Source: Thermoplasmata archaeon (lineage in GTDB: Archaea > Thermoplasmatota > Thermoplasmata > Lutacidiplasmatales > UBA184). Taken from it: a DNA stretch of 64,000 bases. The translations under genes and the position numbers were made by a program. The notes under the pieces were generated by a model that saw only the letters and a program-made list of their open reading frames with translations, was not told the origin of the DNA and made no database searches. Each line of letters begins with the position of its first letter. Within the stretch, counting starts at the first letter, position 1. Shown in pieces: positions 9,722 through 17,712 of this stretch. Where the stretch lies: contig DAHXNZ010000008.1 of the NCBI GenBank assembly GCA_027365105.1, forward strand, positions 129 through 64,128, read 5' to 3'.

Positions 9722-10197
9722 GAAGAGCGACCGACGATCGCCCGAACACTCCGGACGATCTCCTCCAGAGAGGTGCCCGGCCCGTAGATCGCCCGGACCC
9801 CAAGTTTCCGCAGCCGCTTCGCGTCCTCGTCCGGGATGATCCCGCCCGCGAAGACCGGGATTCGACCGGCCTTCTGGGACTTGAGCTGCCGTACCACGCG
9901 CGGGATGAGCTCCATGTGGGCGCCGGAGAGGATCGAGAGTCCGACCAGGTCGACGTCCTCTTCGACGGCCGCCCGGACGATCTCTTCGGGAGTCTGGCGG
10001 AGACCCGCATAGATGACCTCCATCCCGGCGTCCCGGAGCGCGCGGGCGACCACCTTCGCCCCGCGATCGTGGCCGTCAAGGCCGGGTTTGGCGATCAGGA
10101 CCCGGATGGGCGGCGCCGCTGGATTCTTGGTCACGAGAGGTTCCCCCGATCGCCGGAACCCTTCCGGGGAGGAAAAGCATTGCCCCCTCCCCTCCAC
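9718..10197 (-). CDS. methylmalonyl-CoA mutase small subunit (B12-binding domain)
   Basis: Cobalamin-binding DxHxxG-type region ([14 protein letters not shown]). An alternative GTG start exists at 10134. Confidence 0.8.
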   Translation of the reverse strand: MEGRGQCFSSPEGFRRSGEPLVTKNPAAPPIRVLIAKPGLDGHDRGAKVVARALRDAGMEVIYAGLRQTPEEIVRAAVEEDVDLVGLSILSGAHMELIPRVVRQLKSQKAGRIPVFAGGIIPDEDAKRLRKLGVRAIYGPGTSLEEIVRSVRAIVGRSS

Positions 10198-10219
10198 GGC
10201 CGGTCCGGGCCGTGGCGGT

Positions 10220-11137
10220 TCAGAGGATCGCCCAGAACAGAAAGAGCAGATTCCCGACCAGGATCCCGAGGAGCGTGCCCGCGGAGATCAGGACGACCAA
10301 CGGAACCTGGGGCGTGACCCACACTTCCTGGACCCCCTGCCGCTCCAACCGGTCCCGCGCCTGCATCCGGATCTCACGATCCTCCTGGGAGGTCTCGGGA
10401 TCCAGGCCGACCGTGCGGACCCCCGCCTCGGGATCGTCCACCCAGACGAACCGGCGCGGGAGCTCCGTGACGGCGAGCCGGTACCGCCCCACCCCCCGAT
10501 CCCAACGGAACTCGCCGCGACGCAGGTTGCGGAGCCCGAGGTACGCAGGAATGCCCAGGAGGAGGATCCACGCGTTGAGCAGCGCCGTGACCGAAAACGG
10601 GAGCGAAGTGAGGAGCGCGGACGCCACCGTGGGGGTCGGGAGCAGCGGGGCGGTTCCGAAGGGGAGGAAGAGGCCCACGACCATGAGGGCCTTCGCATCG
10701 GCCCCGCCACCGAAGATGCCGGACTCGAAGAGCCCGCGGGCGAGCAGGACCGTGAGGTAGACCGCGACCGCGTTCGCCGGAAGGATCCCGGCCGGGGCGA
10801 CCCCGCCCAGCAGGCCGGCACCCAGCAGAAGGAGCCCCACGCCCAGATAGGCCAGAGGCTCGAGCCATCTCCACCGCGGGTCCGCGGCCGGGGTCCCTAG
10901 CCGATCCCACGGGAGGGCGGGCTCAATCACCAACGCGCCGACCAAGATCCACAGCGCGACCGGCACCGTTCCGAGTGGAGCGAGGGCCGCCGCCCCCAGA
11001 CCGATTCCGGCGACGCCCAAGCCGATCCAGATCCCATCCGGAACCTCACGGTCCCGGAGATCGAACGCGCTGGCGGCGGCCAGCCCCACTCCCAGGATCG
11101 CCAACCCGGCGACCGGCAACCCCCCCATCCCGCCCAT
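10220..11137 (-). CDS. A24-family prepilin/preflagellin peptidase (FlaK/PibD-like) with a long cytoplasmic C-terminal extension
   Basis: Polytopic membrane protein with two Asp-containing motifs ([11 protein letters not shown] and [16 protein letters not shown]) resembling the A24 aspartyl-protease signature. Start placed at MGGMGGL (11137), ~35 nt below the TATA-like GATATAC (11168-11176). Confidence 0.55.
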   Translation of the reverse strand: MGGMGGLPVAGLAILGVGLAAASAFDLRDREVPDGIWIGLGVAGIGLGAAALAPLGTVPVALWILVGALVIEPALPWDRLGTPAADPRWRWLEPLAYLGVGLLLLGAGLLGGVAPAGILPANAVAVYLTVLLARGLFESGIFGGGADAKALMVVGLFLPFGTAPLLPTPTVASALLTSLPFSVTALLNAWILLLGIPAYLGLRNLRRGEFRWDRGVGRYRLAVTELPRRFVWVDDPEAGVRTVGLDPETSQEDREIRMQARDRLERQGVQEVWVTPQVPLVVLISAGTLLGILVGNLLFLFWAIL

Positions 11138-11328
11138 CCTGATGCGAAGGAGGAGCCAGGGGCCGACAGATATACCCGGCCATCGAAGGGAGGGGGGTGC
11201 GCGGGTCCATGAATCGGATCCCTCGGGTCCCTGGGCCCCGGGGCCGCCGCTCAGGTCCGGCCCCCGGGTCTTGGGGAAGGTAAATCTATTTAAAGCGCAC
11301 GTCAATCGGCCGCCCCGGTCGATATCCA

Positions 11329-11706
11329 ATGGTAGAGTACAAGCTCGTCATCTCTGATCAGGGGAAGTCCCTTCAGCGGGCCGTCGCCGACCCGCAGGCT
11401 GCCGGTTTCCTCGGAAAGCGCATCGGCGAGACGGTCGGCGGAGAACTCATCGGGGCCGGCGGGTATACCTTCCGGATCTCCGGGGGGACCGACAAAAGCG
11501 GGTTCCCCATGCGCTCCGACCTCCCCGGCGGGCGCCAGGTCCGCCTGTACGTCGGGAACGGATTTGGATTCCATGCGCCCCGGAACGGGATGCGGAGGCG
11601 CCGCAGCTTCCGGGGCAACACGATCAGCGAGCAGACGGTCCAGATCAACCTCACGGTCGAGCAGTCCGGACCCCAGCCGCTCGCGGAGCTGCTCGGCCCG
11701 GCATGA
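11329..11706 (+). CDS. rps6e: 30S ribosomal protein S6e
   Basis: Typical S6e sequence (KLVISDQGKSLQ...GFPMRSDL...RRRSFRG). TATA-like AAATCTATTTAAAG at 11282-11295. Confidence 0.9.
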   Translation: MVEYKLVISDQGKSLQRAVADPQAAGFLGKRIGETVGGELIGAGGYTFRISGGTDKSGFPMRSDLPGGRQVRLYVGNGFGFHAPRNGMRRRRSFRGNTISEQTVQINLTVEQSGPQPLAELLGPA

Positions 11707-12938
11707 AGGTTCCGCGCCAGCCCGAAGTGAACATCGGCCTGGTGGGCCATGTCGACCACGGCAAGACCACCCTGACCCAGGCGCTGACCGGGGAGTGGAG
11801 CGACCGCCACTCGGAGGAACGCAAGCGCGGGATCTCGATCAAGCTCGGGTACGCGGACGCGGCGTTCTACCTTTGCCCCAACTGTCCGGTGCCGACCGGC
11901 TATTCGGTCAGCCCGGTCTGCCCCGCTTGCGGCGGGGAGGCAAAGTTCCTGAGGGCCGTCTCATTCGTCGACGCGCCCGGCCATGAGACCCTGATGGAGA
12001 CGATGCTCTCCGGCGCGGCAATCATGGACGGCGCCCTCCTTCTCGTGGCCGCCAACGAACGTTGCCCGCAACCCCAGACCCGGGAGCACCTCTACGCCCT
12101 CGACATCATCGGGGTCCGAAAGGTGGTCGTCGTTCAGAACAAGATTGATCTCGTCTCCGAGGCGGCGGCCCTGGCCAACTACCGGGAGATCGAGACCTTC
12201 CTCGAGGGCTCTCCGATCTCAGGAGCCCCGGTCGTGCCGATCAGCGCCAACCACCGGGTCGGACTGGACGGCCTCATCGGCACCCTCGAGGCCGCCATCC
12301 CCACCCCGGCCCGGGACACCCAGAAGCCTCCCCTCCTGTACGTCGCCCGCTCCTTCGACATCAACCGTCCGGGTACGGCCCCGGCCCGGCTGCAAGGTGC
12401 CGTCCTCGGCGGCTCCCTCCTGCAGGGAATCCTCAGGGTCGGCGACGAGATCGAGATCCGGCCCGGCGTGGCGGGCCTCACGGGGGGGCGGGCCGATGCA
12501 CTGACGACCCGGGTGACCTCCCTGGTCTCCGGGGGCCAGGAGTGGGAGGAGCTCCGGCCGGGCGGACTGGCCGCCATCGGCACATCCCTCGATCCGGCCC
12601 TGGCGAAGGGAGACGGGCTCACCGGCCGGCTGGTCGGCTCGGGCGGTTCGCTCCCGCCGGTCAGCCAGAAGCTCCGGATCAAAGTGACCCTTCTCGACCG
12701 CGTCCTCGGGTCCAGCCACGAGATCAAGGTCGAGAAGGTCCGGACCAACGAACTCCTGGCCGTGACGGTCGGAACCACCATCGCCCCCGGAAAGGTCACC
12801 AGCGCCCGCGGCGACGAGGTCGAGCTGACCCTGGCCCGGCCGGTGACCGTCTTTCCGGGTGGTCGCGTGGCGGTCTCGCGGAAGCTCAATGCCTGGCGGC
12901 TCATCGGATACGGCATCGTGGTCGGGGGAGGGAAATGA
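11703..12938 (+). CDS. eif2g: translation initiation factor aIF2 gamma subunit
   Basis: G-domain motifs GHVDHGKTTL, DAPGHE and NKID; zinc-ribbon insert CPNCP...CPACGG. Overlaps the rps6e stop by 4 nt. Confidence 0.95.
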   Translation: MKVPRQPEVNIGLVGHVDHGKTTLTQALTGEWSDRHSEERKRGISIKLGYADAAFYLCPNCPVPTGYSVSPVCPACGGEAKFLRAVSFVDAPGHETLMETMLSGAAIMDGALLLVAANERCPQPQTREHLYALDIIGVRKVVVVQNKIDLVSEAAALANYREIETFLEGSPISGAPVVPISANHRVGLDGLIGTLEAAIPTPARDTQKPPLLYVARSFDINRPGTAPARLQGAVLGGSLLQGILRVGDEIEIRPGVAGLTGGRADALTTRVTSLVSGGQEWEELRPGGLAAIGTSLDPALAKGDGLTGRLVGSGGSLPPVSQKLRIKVTLLDRVLGSSHEIKVEKVRTNELLAVTVGTTIAPGKVTSARGDEVELTLARPVTVFPGGRVAVSRKLNAWRLIGYGIVVGGGK

Positions 12939-13129
12939 GGCGGGACCTTCTGGAAATCCTGCGCTGCCCGGTCTGCCGGGGCGAACTCCGGCTCACCGAG
13001 GCCGATCCCCGGTCCGAGGAGGTCCTGAACGGCCGACTCGACTGCCCGAGGTGCGCGCAGAGCTACCCGATCCGGGACGGGATCCCCGACCTCCTCCCTC
13101 CCGAGCCGGTCCCCCCTACCCGGGGTTGA
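12935..13129 (+). CDS. Trm112-like small zinc-ribbon protein
   Basis: MRRDLLEILRCPVCRGEL...LDCPRCAQSYPIRDGIPDLL matches the Trm112/YcaR family pattern. ATGA start/stop overlap with aIF2-gamma. Confidence 0.7.
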   Translation: MRRDLLEILRCPVCRGELRLTEADPRSEEVLNGRLDCPRCAQSYPIRDGIPDLLPPEPVPPTRG

Positions 13130-13547
13130 GCACGTAGTAACCGAAGATCGCCAGAAACAACAGCGCATCGATCACGATGGAGGGGAGCAGCCATCGGATC
13201 GACCCCCTCGAACGGGCTTGGACCGAGCTACCCACCGTCACGATCGGAATGGCAAAGGCGAGCCAGTACCCCGAGAGGATCGTCCGGTACAGGGCATAGG
13301 AGGTCAGGTCCCCGGAGGGATCGTAGAAGAAGAGGCCGGTGACGATCCCGATTCCGAGCAAGGCGAAGCCGATGTCGATTCCGACCGCATCGAGGTATCC
13401 CTCCAACCCCCGCTTGCGGTGGGGGTAGGCGACCCACAGGTACCAGAGCATCAGCAACAGGAGGAGCAGGACGGCGACGAGCAGGAAGAAGGCGGTCGTG
13501 TCGAGCGAGATCGTGAACGGGCCCGGCCCGGGAGGTGGGAGGGTCAT
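13116..13547 (-). CDS. hypothetical polytopic membrane protein
   Basis: Four predicted TM helices; start taken at MTLPPPG (13547) rather than the upstream ORF start. No recognisable family. Confidence 0.45.
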   Translation of the reverse strand: MTLPPPGPGPFTISLDTTAFFLLVAVLLLLLLMLWYLWVAYPHRKRGLEGYLDAVGIDIGFALLGIGIVTGLFFYDPSGDLTSYALYRTILSGYWLAFAIPIVTVGSSVQARSRGSIRWLLPSIVIDALLFLAIFGYYVLNPG

Positions 13548-13560
13548 GCGGAGTGTCCGG

Positions 13561-14193
13561 TCACGGAGCCCGAAGGTACGCCCGGGCGGGGCCCCCGTCG
13601 CCCCCGGCGATTCTGAGGGGCGCCAGCCGGAGCTCGTAGTCGCCGGGCGCGACCTCCTGGAGGAGCAGGCCCTCGACGATCCGGACCGACTCCGCCAGGA
13701 GCAAGTGGTGAACGGGATACCGGCCGCTCGCATCCCGTTCGATCGACAGGGCATCGACCCCGACCAGCCGGATCCCGCGCCTCAGGAGCTCCCGGGCCCC
13801 GGTTTCGTTCACGGCGACAAAGTCGGGAAAGAACTCGAGCCGCGCGGCCCAGCGACCCGAGTTCCGCGTCCGCAGGAGCACCCGGGTGACCCCGGGCGGC
13901 GTGGGAGGCAGATCGGCGGCGCCGATTGAGTCCACCGCATCGGGGATCTGGAGCACCCGGCACGGACCGTTGAGGTCGTCCAGCGGAACCCGATCGATCG
14001 GTTCTCCCCCCGGCACGAAATGGTTCGGAGGGTCGACATGGGTCCCGGCATGGGAGCCCAACCCCAAGGCCGAAACATTGTAGGCATCTCCCCGGGACAG
14101 ATCGTGCGATCGTTGGCTCTGGAAGACCGGATCGCCGGGAAAGCAGGGCATGCCCTGGAACAACGGCATGGAGATGTCCAGCGTGCGCCCCAT
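13561..14193 (-). CDS. cyclase family protein (kynurenine formamidase-like metal-dependent hydrolase)
   Basis: Conserved HxGTHxDxPxH motif (SHAGTHVDPPNH) characteristic of the putative cyclase / arylformamidase family. Confidence 0.7.
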   Translation of the reverse strand: MGRTLDISMPLFQGMPCFPGDPVFQSQRSHDLSRGDAYNVSALGLGSHAGTHVDPPNHFVPGGEPIDRVPLDDLNGPCRVLQIPDAVDSIGAADLPPTPPGVTRVLLRTRNSGRWAARLEFFPDFVAVNETGARELLRRGIRLVGVDALSIERDASGRYPVHHLLLAESVRIVEGLLLQEVAPGDYELRLAPLRIAGGDGGPARAYLRAP

Positions 14194-14346
14194 CCGGTGC
14201 TCCCGGCCCTCGGAAGGACCTCCCCGATTAAAGGTTCACCGTGCCGGCGCCGGCCGAAGCGCGCCGGAGCGGAAGGAGGAGGACCGGGCCCGGTCGCCAA
14301 TCGAACGTCAGGGTTAAACGACCCGGGGCCCCGGCGCTAGGGTACC

Positions 14347-15747
14347 ATGCCGTCGCGCCCAGCGAAGGGGGACCCGGACGAGCCGGAACGGCTCCGGGTC
14401 GACCGACTGCCCACCTCCGGACGACGGAAGGGAGCCGCGTCGGCCCGACGGCCGATCCAGGGCTGGTCCGAGAAGGCTCCGTCGGCTCCCGCCGCCCGGC
14501 CGTCCCGGCGGTCGGGCCGAACGCCGACGGGGCGATCCAAGAAGAGGGTCTACTTCCGGCTCCGGGACTCCCTCCTCTTCGAGCCTTTGGTGGCGCTCGC
14601 CCTCATCGTGATCCTGGTGGCCGGGGCCTATGCGTACACCCACAATTGGCCCCCCGTCTACATTGTCGAGTCGAACAGCATGCAGCACGGGCCGAACGAT
14701 GTGCTGGGCATCATCAACACCGGGGACATCGTGTTCGCCCAGCAGATCCCGACCGCCTCGATCATCACCTATGTCGACGCCCTGCATCCGGGAACCGCGC
14801 ACTCCGGCTACACGACCTACGGTGAGCTCGGAGATGTCGTGCTGTACCATCCGAACGGGGGCGACGGGACCCCGATCGTGCACCGTGCCCTGCTCTATCT
14901 CGAGTGGAACGCGACCCGCCAGTCGTTTTCGGCGCCCACCTTGGCCGGCCTCCCGTGCGGCTCCGCCCAAGGGGCGGTGTACAGCTACGGGGCCCCGGGT
15001 AGTCCAGACGACTGCCAGTGGACCAACCTGACCGGGACCCTCCACCTCTACCACATCGGCTGGAAATCGGCCGGCGTGACCCTGAGCCTGAGCTCGTCAA
15101 CCGTGGGAACCCACTCGGGCTTCCTGACGATGGGCGACGACAACTGCGACACCTCGTCGGGCCGGTGCTACAGTTGCACCTCCACGGTGCCCTGCAGCGG
15201 AGAGCCGGACCAAGGGCCGATCGGCCTGAGCAGCCTCGTCCGCCCGGCCTGGGTGATCGGAGTTGCCCGGGGGATGATCCCGTGGTTCGGAGCCGTCAAG
15301 CTCCTGCTCACCGGAACCTCCTCGGAGGTGCCGCCCCAGAGTTTTGAGTACATGGGCTTCACTCTGATCGGCGTCGTCCTGGGGGCGGTGGCGATCCACC
15401 TCGGGGTCAAGGCCCTCGGCACCTCCGAGGGCCGCATCGGCTCCCGAGGAACGCCCGATCCGTCGGACGAAGAGACCGAGGAGGAGGACGACCCCCGCCC
15501 CATGAGGCGCCGATCGGCGCGGCGGGCGGACGATGAGGATTTCGAAGACGCAGAGGAGGAGGAGGAAGAACCGGAATCTCCCCGGAGGGTCACCCGGGTG
15601 GCCCGGGCCGCGGTCCGTCCCCCCCGCCCCTCCACCCAGAGATTGAAACCCCCGGGGCCGCAGGCCCGGCCTCCACCCCGACGGGGGCGACCCCGGCCGA
15701 CGGTTCATCGCCGGCATCCGACTTCGGACGAGGACAGCGAGCTGTAG
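14347..15747 (+). CDS. signal peptidase I (S26/Sec11-like) with a large Cys-rich insertion and a charged C-terminal tail
   Basis: Box B (VESNSMQHGP), box D (IVHRALLY, His-type as in archaea/eukarya) and box E (MGDDNCD, GDN-like), with N- and C-terminal TM helices. Insert has 8 Cys; tail is poly-E then Arg/Pro-rich. Confidence 0.6.
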   Translation: MPSRPAKGDPDEPERLRVDRLPTSGRRKGAASARRPIQGWSEKAPSAPAARPSRRSGRTPTGRSKKRVYFRLRDSLLFEPLVALALIVILVAGAYAYTHNWPPVYIVESNSMQHGPNDVLGIINTGDIVFAQQIPTASIITYVDALHPGTAHSGYTTYGELGDVVLYHPNGGDGTPIVHRALLYLEWNATRQSFSAPTLAGLPCGSAQGAVYSYGAPGSPDDCQWTNLTGTLHLYHIGWKSAGVTLSLSSSTVGTHSGFLTMGDDNCDTSSGRCYSCTSTVPCSGEPDQGPIGLSSLVRPAWVIGVARGMIPWFGAVKLLLTGTSSEVPPQSFEYMGFTLIGVVLGAVAIHLGVKALGTSEGRIGSRGTPDPSDEETEEEDDPRPMRRRSARRADDEDFEDAEEEEEEPESPRRVTRVARAAVRPPRPSTQRLKPPGPQARPPPRRGRPRPTVHRRHPTSDEDSEL

Positions 15748-15870
15748 GGTCGAACGGCCGGCCGGCGGGGCCCCGGGCGGCCCGCATCGTCCGAAGCCGG
15801 CCCGCGTCGGCGCGTGGGAACGGGGGGCAACCTTTTTGCCATCGACCGACGCTGGCGCTCGGAGATCGCT

Positions 15871-16749
15871 GTGTACATCATCGGGGGATCGGCCTCCACC
15901 TCCCTGGCCGAACGGGTGTCGCGAGAACTGGACAGCTGCCCCTTCTCCATCCCCTTCAGCAAGCGATTTCCGGACGGCGAGATGTATCTCCGGGTGGGAG
16001 GCAAGCTCGAGGGCGAGGATGTCGTCATCGTCCAGTCCACCCGCAACGACGCCGAAATCGTCGAGCTCCTGCTGCTGAGCGACGCGGCTCGCGAATCGAG
16101 TGCCCGGCGGGTGATCGTCGTGGTGCCCTACTTCGGCTATGCCCGTCAGGACCGGCGGTTTTACCCCGGAGAGGCGGTCAGCGCCCGCGCCCTGGCCCGG
16201 CACATCGAACTCGAGGCCGACGGGGTCATTACCGTCGACCTCCACTCGGCTCGTACCCTGGAGTCGTTCCACAAACCGGTCTACGAGGCCAGCGGCATCC
16301 CGGCGATCGCGCGGCTCCTCGCCCAACGACCGGTCGATCTTCTCGTCTCCCCCGACAAGGGGGGCGTGGACCGGGTCCGGCGGATGGCCGAGATCCTGAA
16401 GAAGCCCTGGATCGCCCTCGAGAAGCGTCGCATCGATAGCGAGCATGTCGAGCTCCGGGTACCCGAAGGTGGCCCCCAGCCCGTCCCCGGGGCCCATCTG
16501 GTCATTGTCGACGACGTCATCTCCACCGGGGGCACGATTGTGGCGGCGGCCCAGCTCCTGGCGCGCGCCGGTGCCGGCTCGGTGGCCGCCGCCTGCACGC
16601 ATGGCCTCTTCCTGAAGGACGCCTTCGAACGGATCAAGGCGGTGACCGACGGCATCTACTCCACCGACACCCTGGTGAACCCGGCGGAGAAGGCCTCGGT
16701 CGCACCGGACATCGCCAAGATCCTCACGGAACGGTTCGGGCCGGCGTAG
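15871..16749 (+). CDS. prs: ribose-phosphate pyrophosphokinase (PRPP synthetase)
   Basis: PRPP-binding loop (VIVDDVISTGGT) and Mg/ribose-5-P region (DLHS). GTG start at 15871 preceded by GGAG; the ORF-track start at 15814 adds a non-prs-like extension. Confidence 0.85.
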   Translation: MYIIGGSASTSLAERVSRELDSCPFSIPFSKRFPDGEMYLRVGGKLEGEDVVIVQSTRNDAEIVELLLLSDAARESSARRVIVVVPYFGYARQDRRFYPGEAVSARALARHIELEADGVITVDLHSARTLESFHKPVYEASGIPAIARLLAQRPVDLLVSPDKGGVDRVRRMAEILKKPWIALEKRRIDSEHVELRVPEGGPQPVPGAHLVIVDDVISTGGTIVAAAQLLARAGAGSVAAACTHGLFLKDAFERIKAVTDGIYSTDTLVNPAEKASVAPDIAKILTERFGPA

Positions 16750-16764
16750 GATCCGGCCGGCACC

Positions 16765-17712
16765 ATGGAGATCCAGCCGACCGACCGGATCCCCGAAGCC
16801 GATCTCGTCGAACGGCTGTACGGGATGTGGAAGGCGCTCCGGTCGCGGGGCGAGTCCCCCCAGGGGGACTGGGTCGAGGGTATCGCGCGGGAGCTGCACC
16901 AAGGCCTCCGGACTGGCCGGCTCGCTCGACGGGGTTCCACCTCGATCCTGGGCTTTCTCTCGATCGCGGACGGGGAGGCGTTCGGCCACCTGCACTGCGA
17001 CGGGCCGTCCGACCCGGAGCTCGGCGCGCGGGTCCTGGCCGATCTGATCGACGGACTCCCCCCCGAGGTGGCGGCCCTCGTGGTCGGGTTCACGGGCCTC
17101 CCTTCGTCCGATGAGACCGCCCTGATCCGAGAGGTGGACCGGCCCGGAGGCCGGACCATCCCGCGCCGGGCCCTCCTCCGGCCCATCGGATCGGGAGACG
17201 AGATCCCCTTGACTCCGCCGGTGGCCAGCGCGCGCCGGCTTCCGGTCCGCGAGGTCCCGCTCTCCGCCCTCGCCCAGTTGGACCAGCGGGCGTATGCGGG
17301 GACGGTGGACGCCCTCCTGACCGGGCCGGAACCCCGGCATCACGAGCGGATTCTGGATGAGCTTCTCCACCACCGGCTGGGCCGGTTTCTGGACGAGGCC
17401 TCCCTGGCCCTGGTCGAGGTCGATACCGGTGCCCTCGTCGGTCTGGCGATGACGGCCGAGCTTTCGGCCCATACCGCCGTCCTCCTCGATGTTGGCGTCG
17501 ACCCGATGGCCCGCGGAAAGGGGTACGGGCGGTTTATCCTCCGGTGGACCTTCCGGGCGCTTCGTGCCCTGGGCTACGAGGAGATCCGGCTCTGGGTCAC
17601 CGACGAGAACCTTCCGGCCCGCCGGCTCTACGAGCAACTCGGCTTTCGGACCGCCGGCCAGGCCACGCTCTACCGCTGGGGCCGGGACCCCGGACAGCCG
17701 CAGTCCGGCTGA
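16765..17712 (+). CDS. GNAT family acetyltransferase (C-terminal GNAT domain)
   Basis: Acetyl-CoA-binding motif (VGVDPMARGKGYGRFIL) and C-terminal LWVTDENLPARRLYEQLGF. Confidence 0.6.
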   Translation: MEIQPTDRIPEADLVERLYGMWKALRSRGESPQGDWVEGIARELHQGLRTGRLARRGSTSILGFLSIADGEAFGHLHCDGPSDPELGARVLADLIDGLPPEVAALVVGFTGLPSSDETALIREVDRPGGRTIPRRALLRPIGSGDEIPLTPPVASARRLPVREVPLSALAQLDQRAYAGTVDALLTGPEPRHHERILDELLHHRLGRFLDEASLALVEVDTGALVGLAMTAELSAHTAVLLDVGVDPMARGKGYGRFILRWTFRALRALGYEEIRLWVTDENLPARRLYEQLGFRTAGQATLYRWGRDPGQPQSG

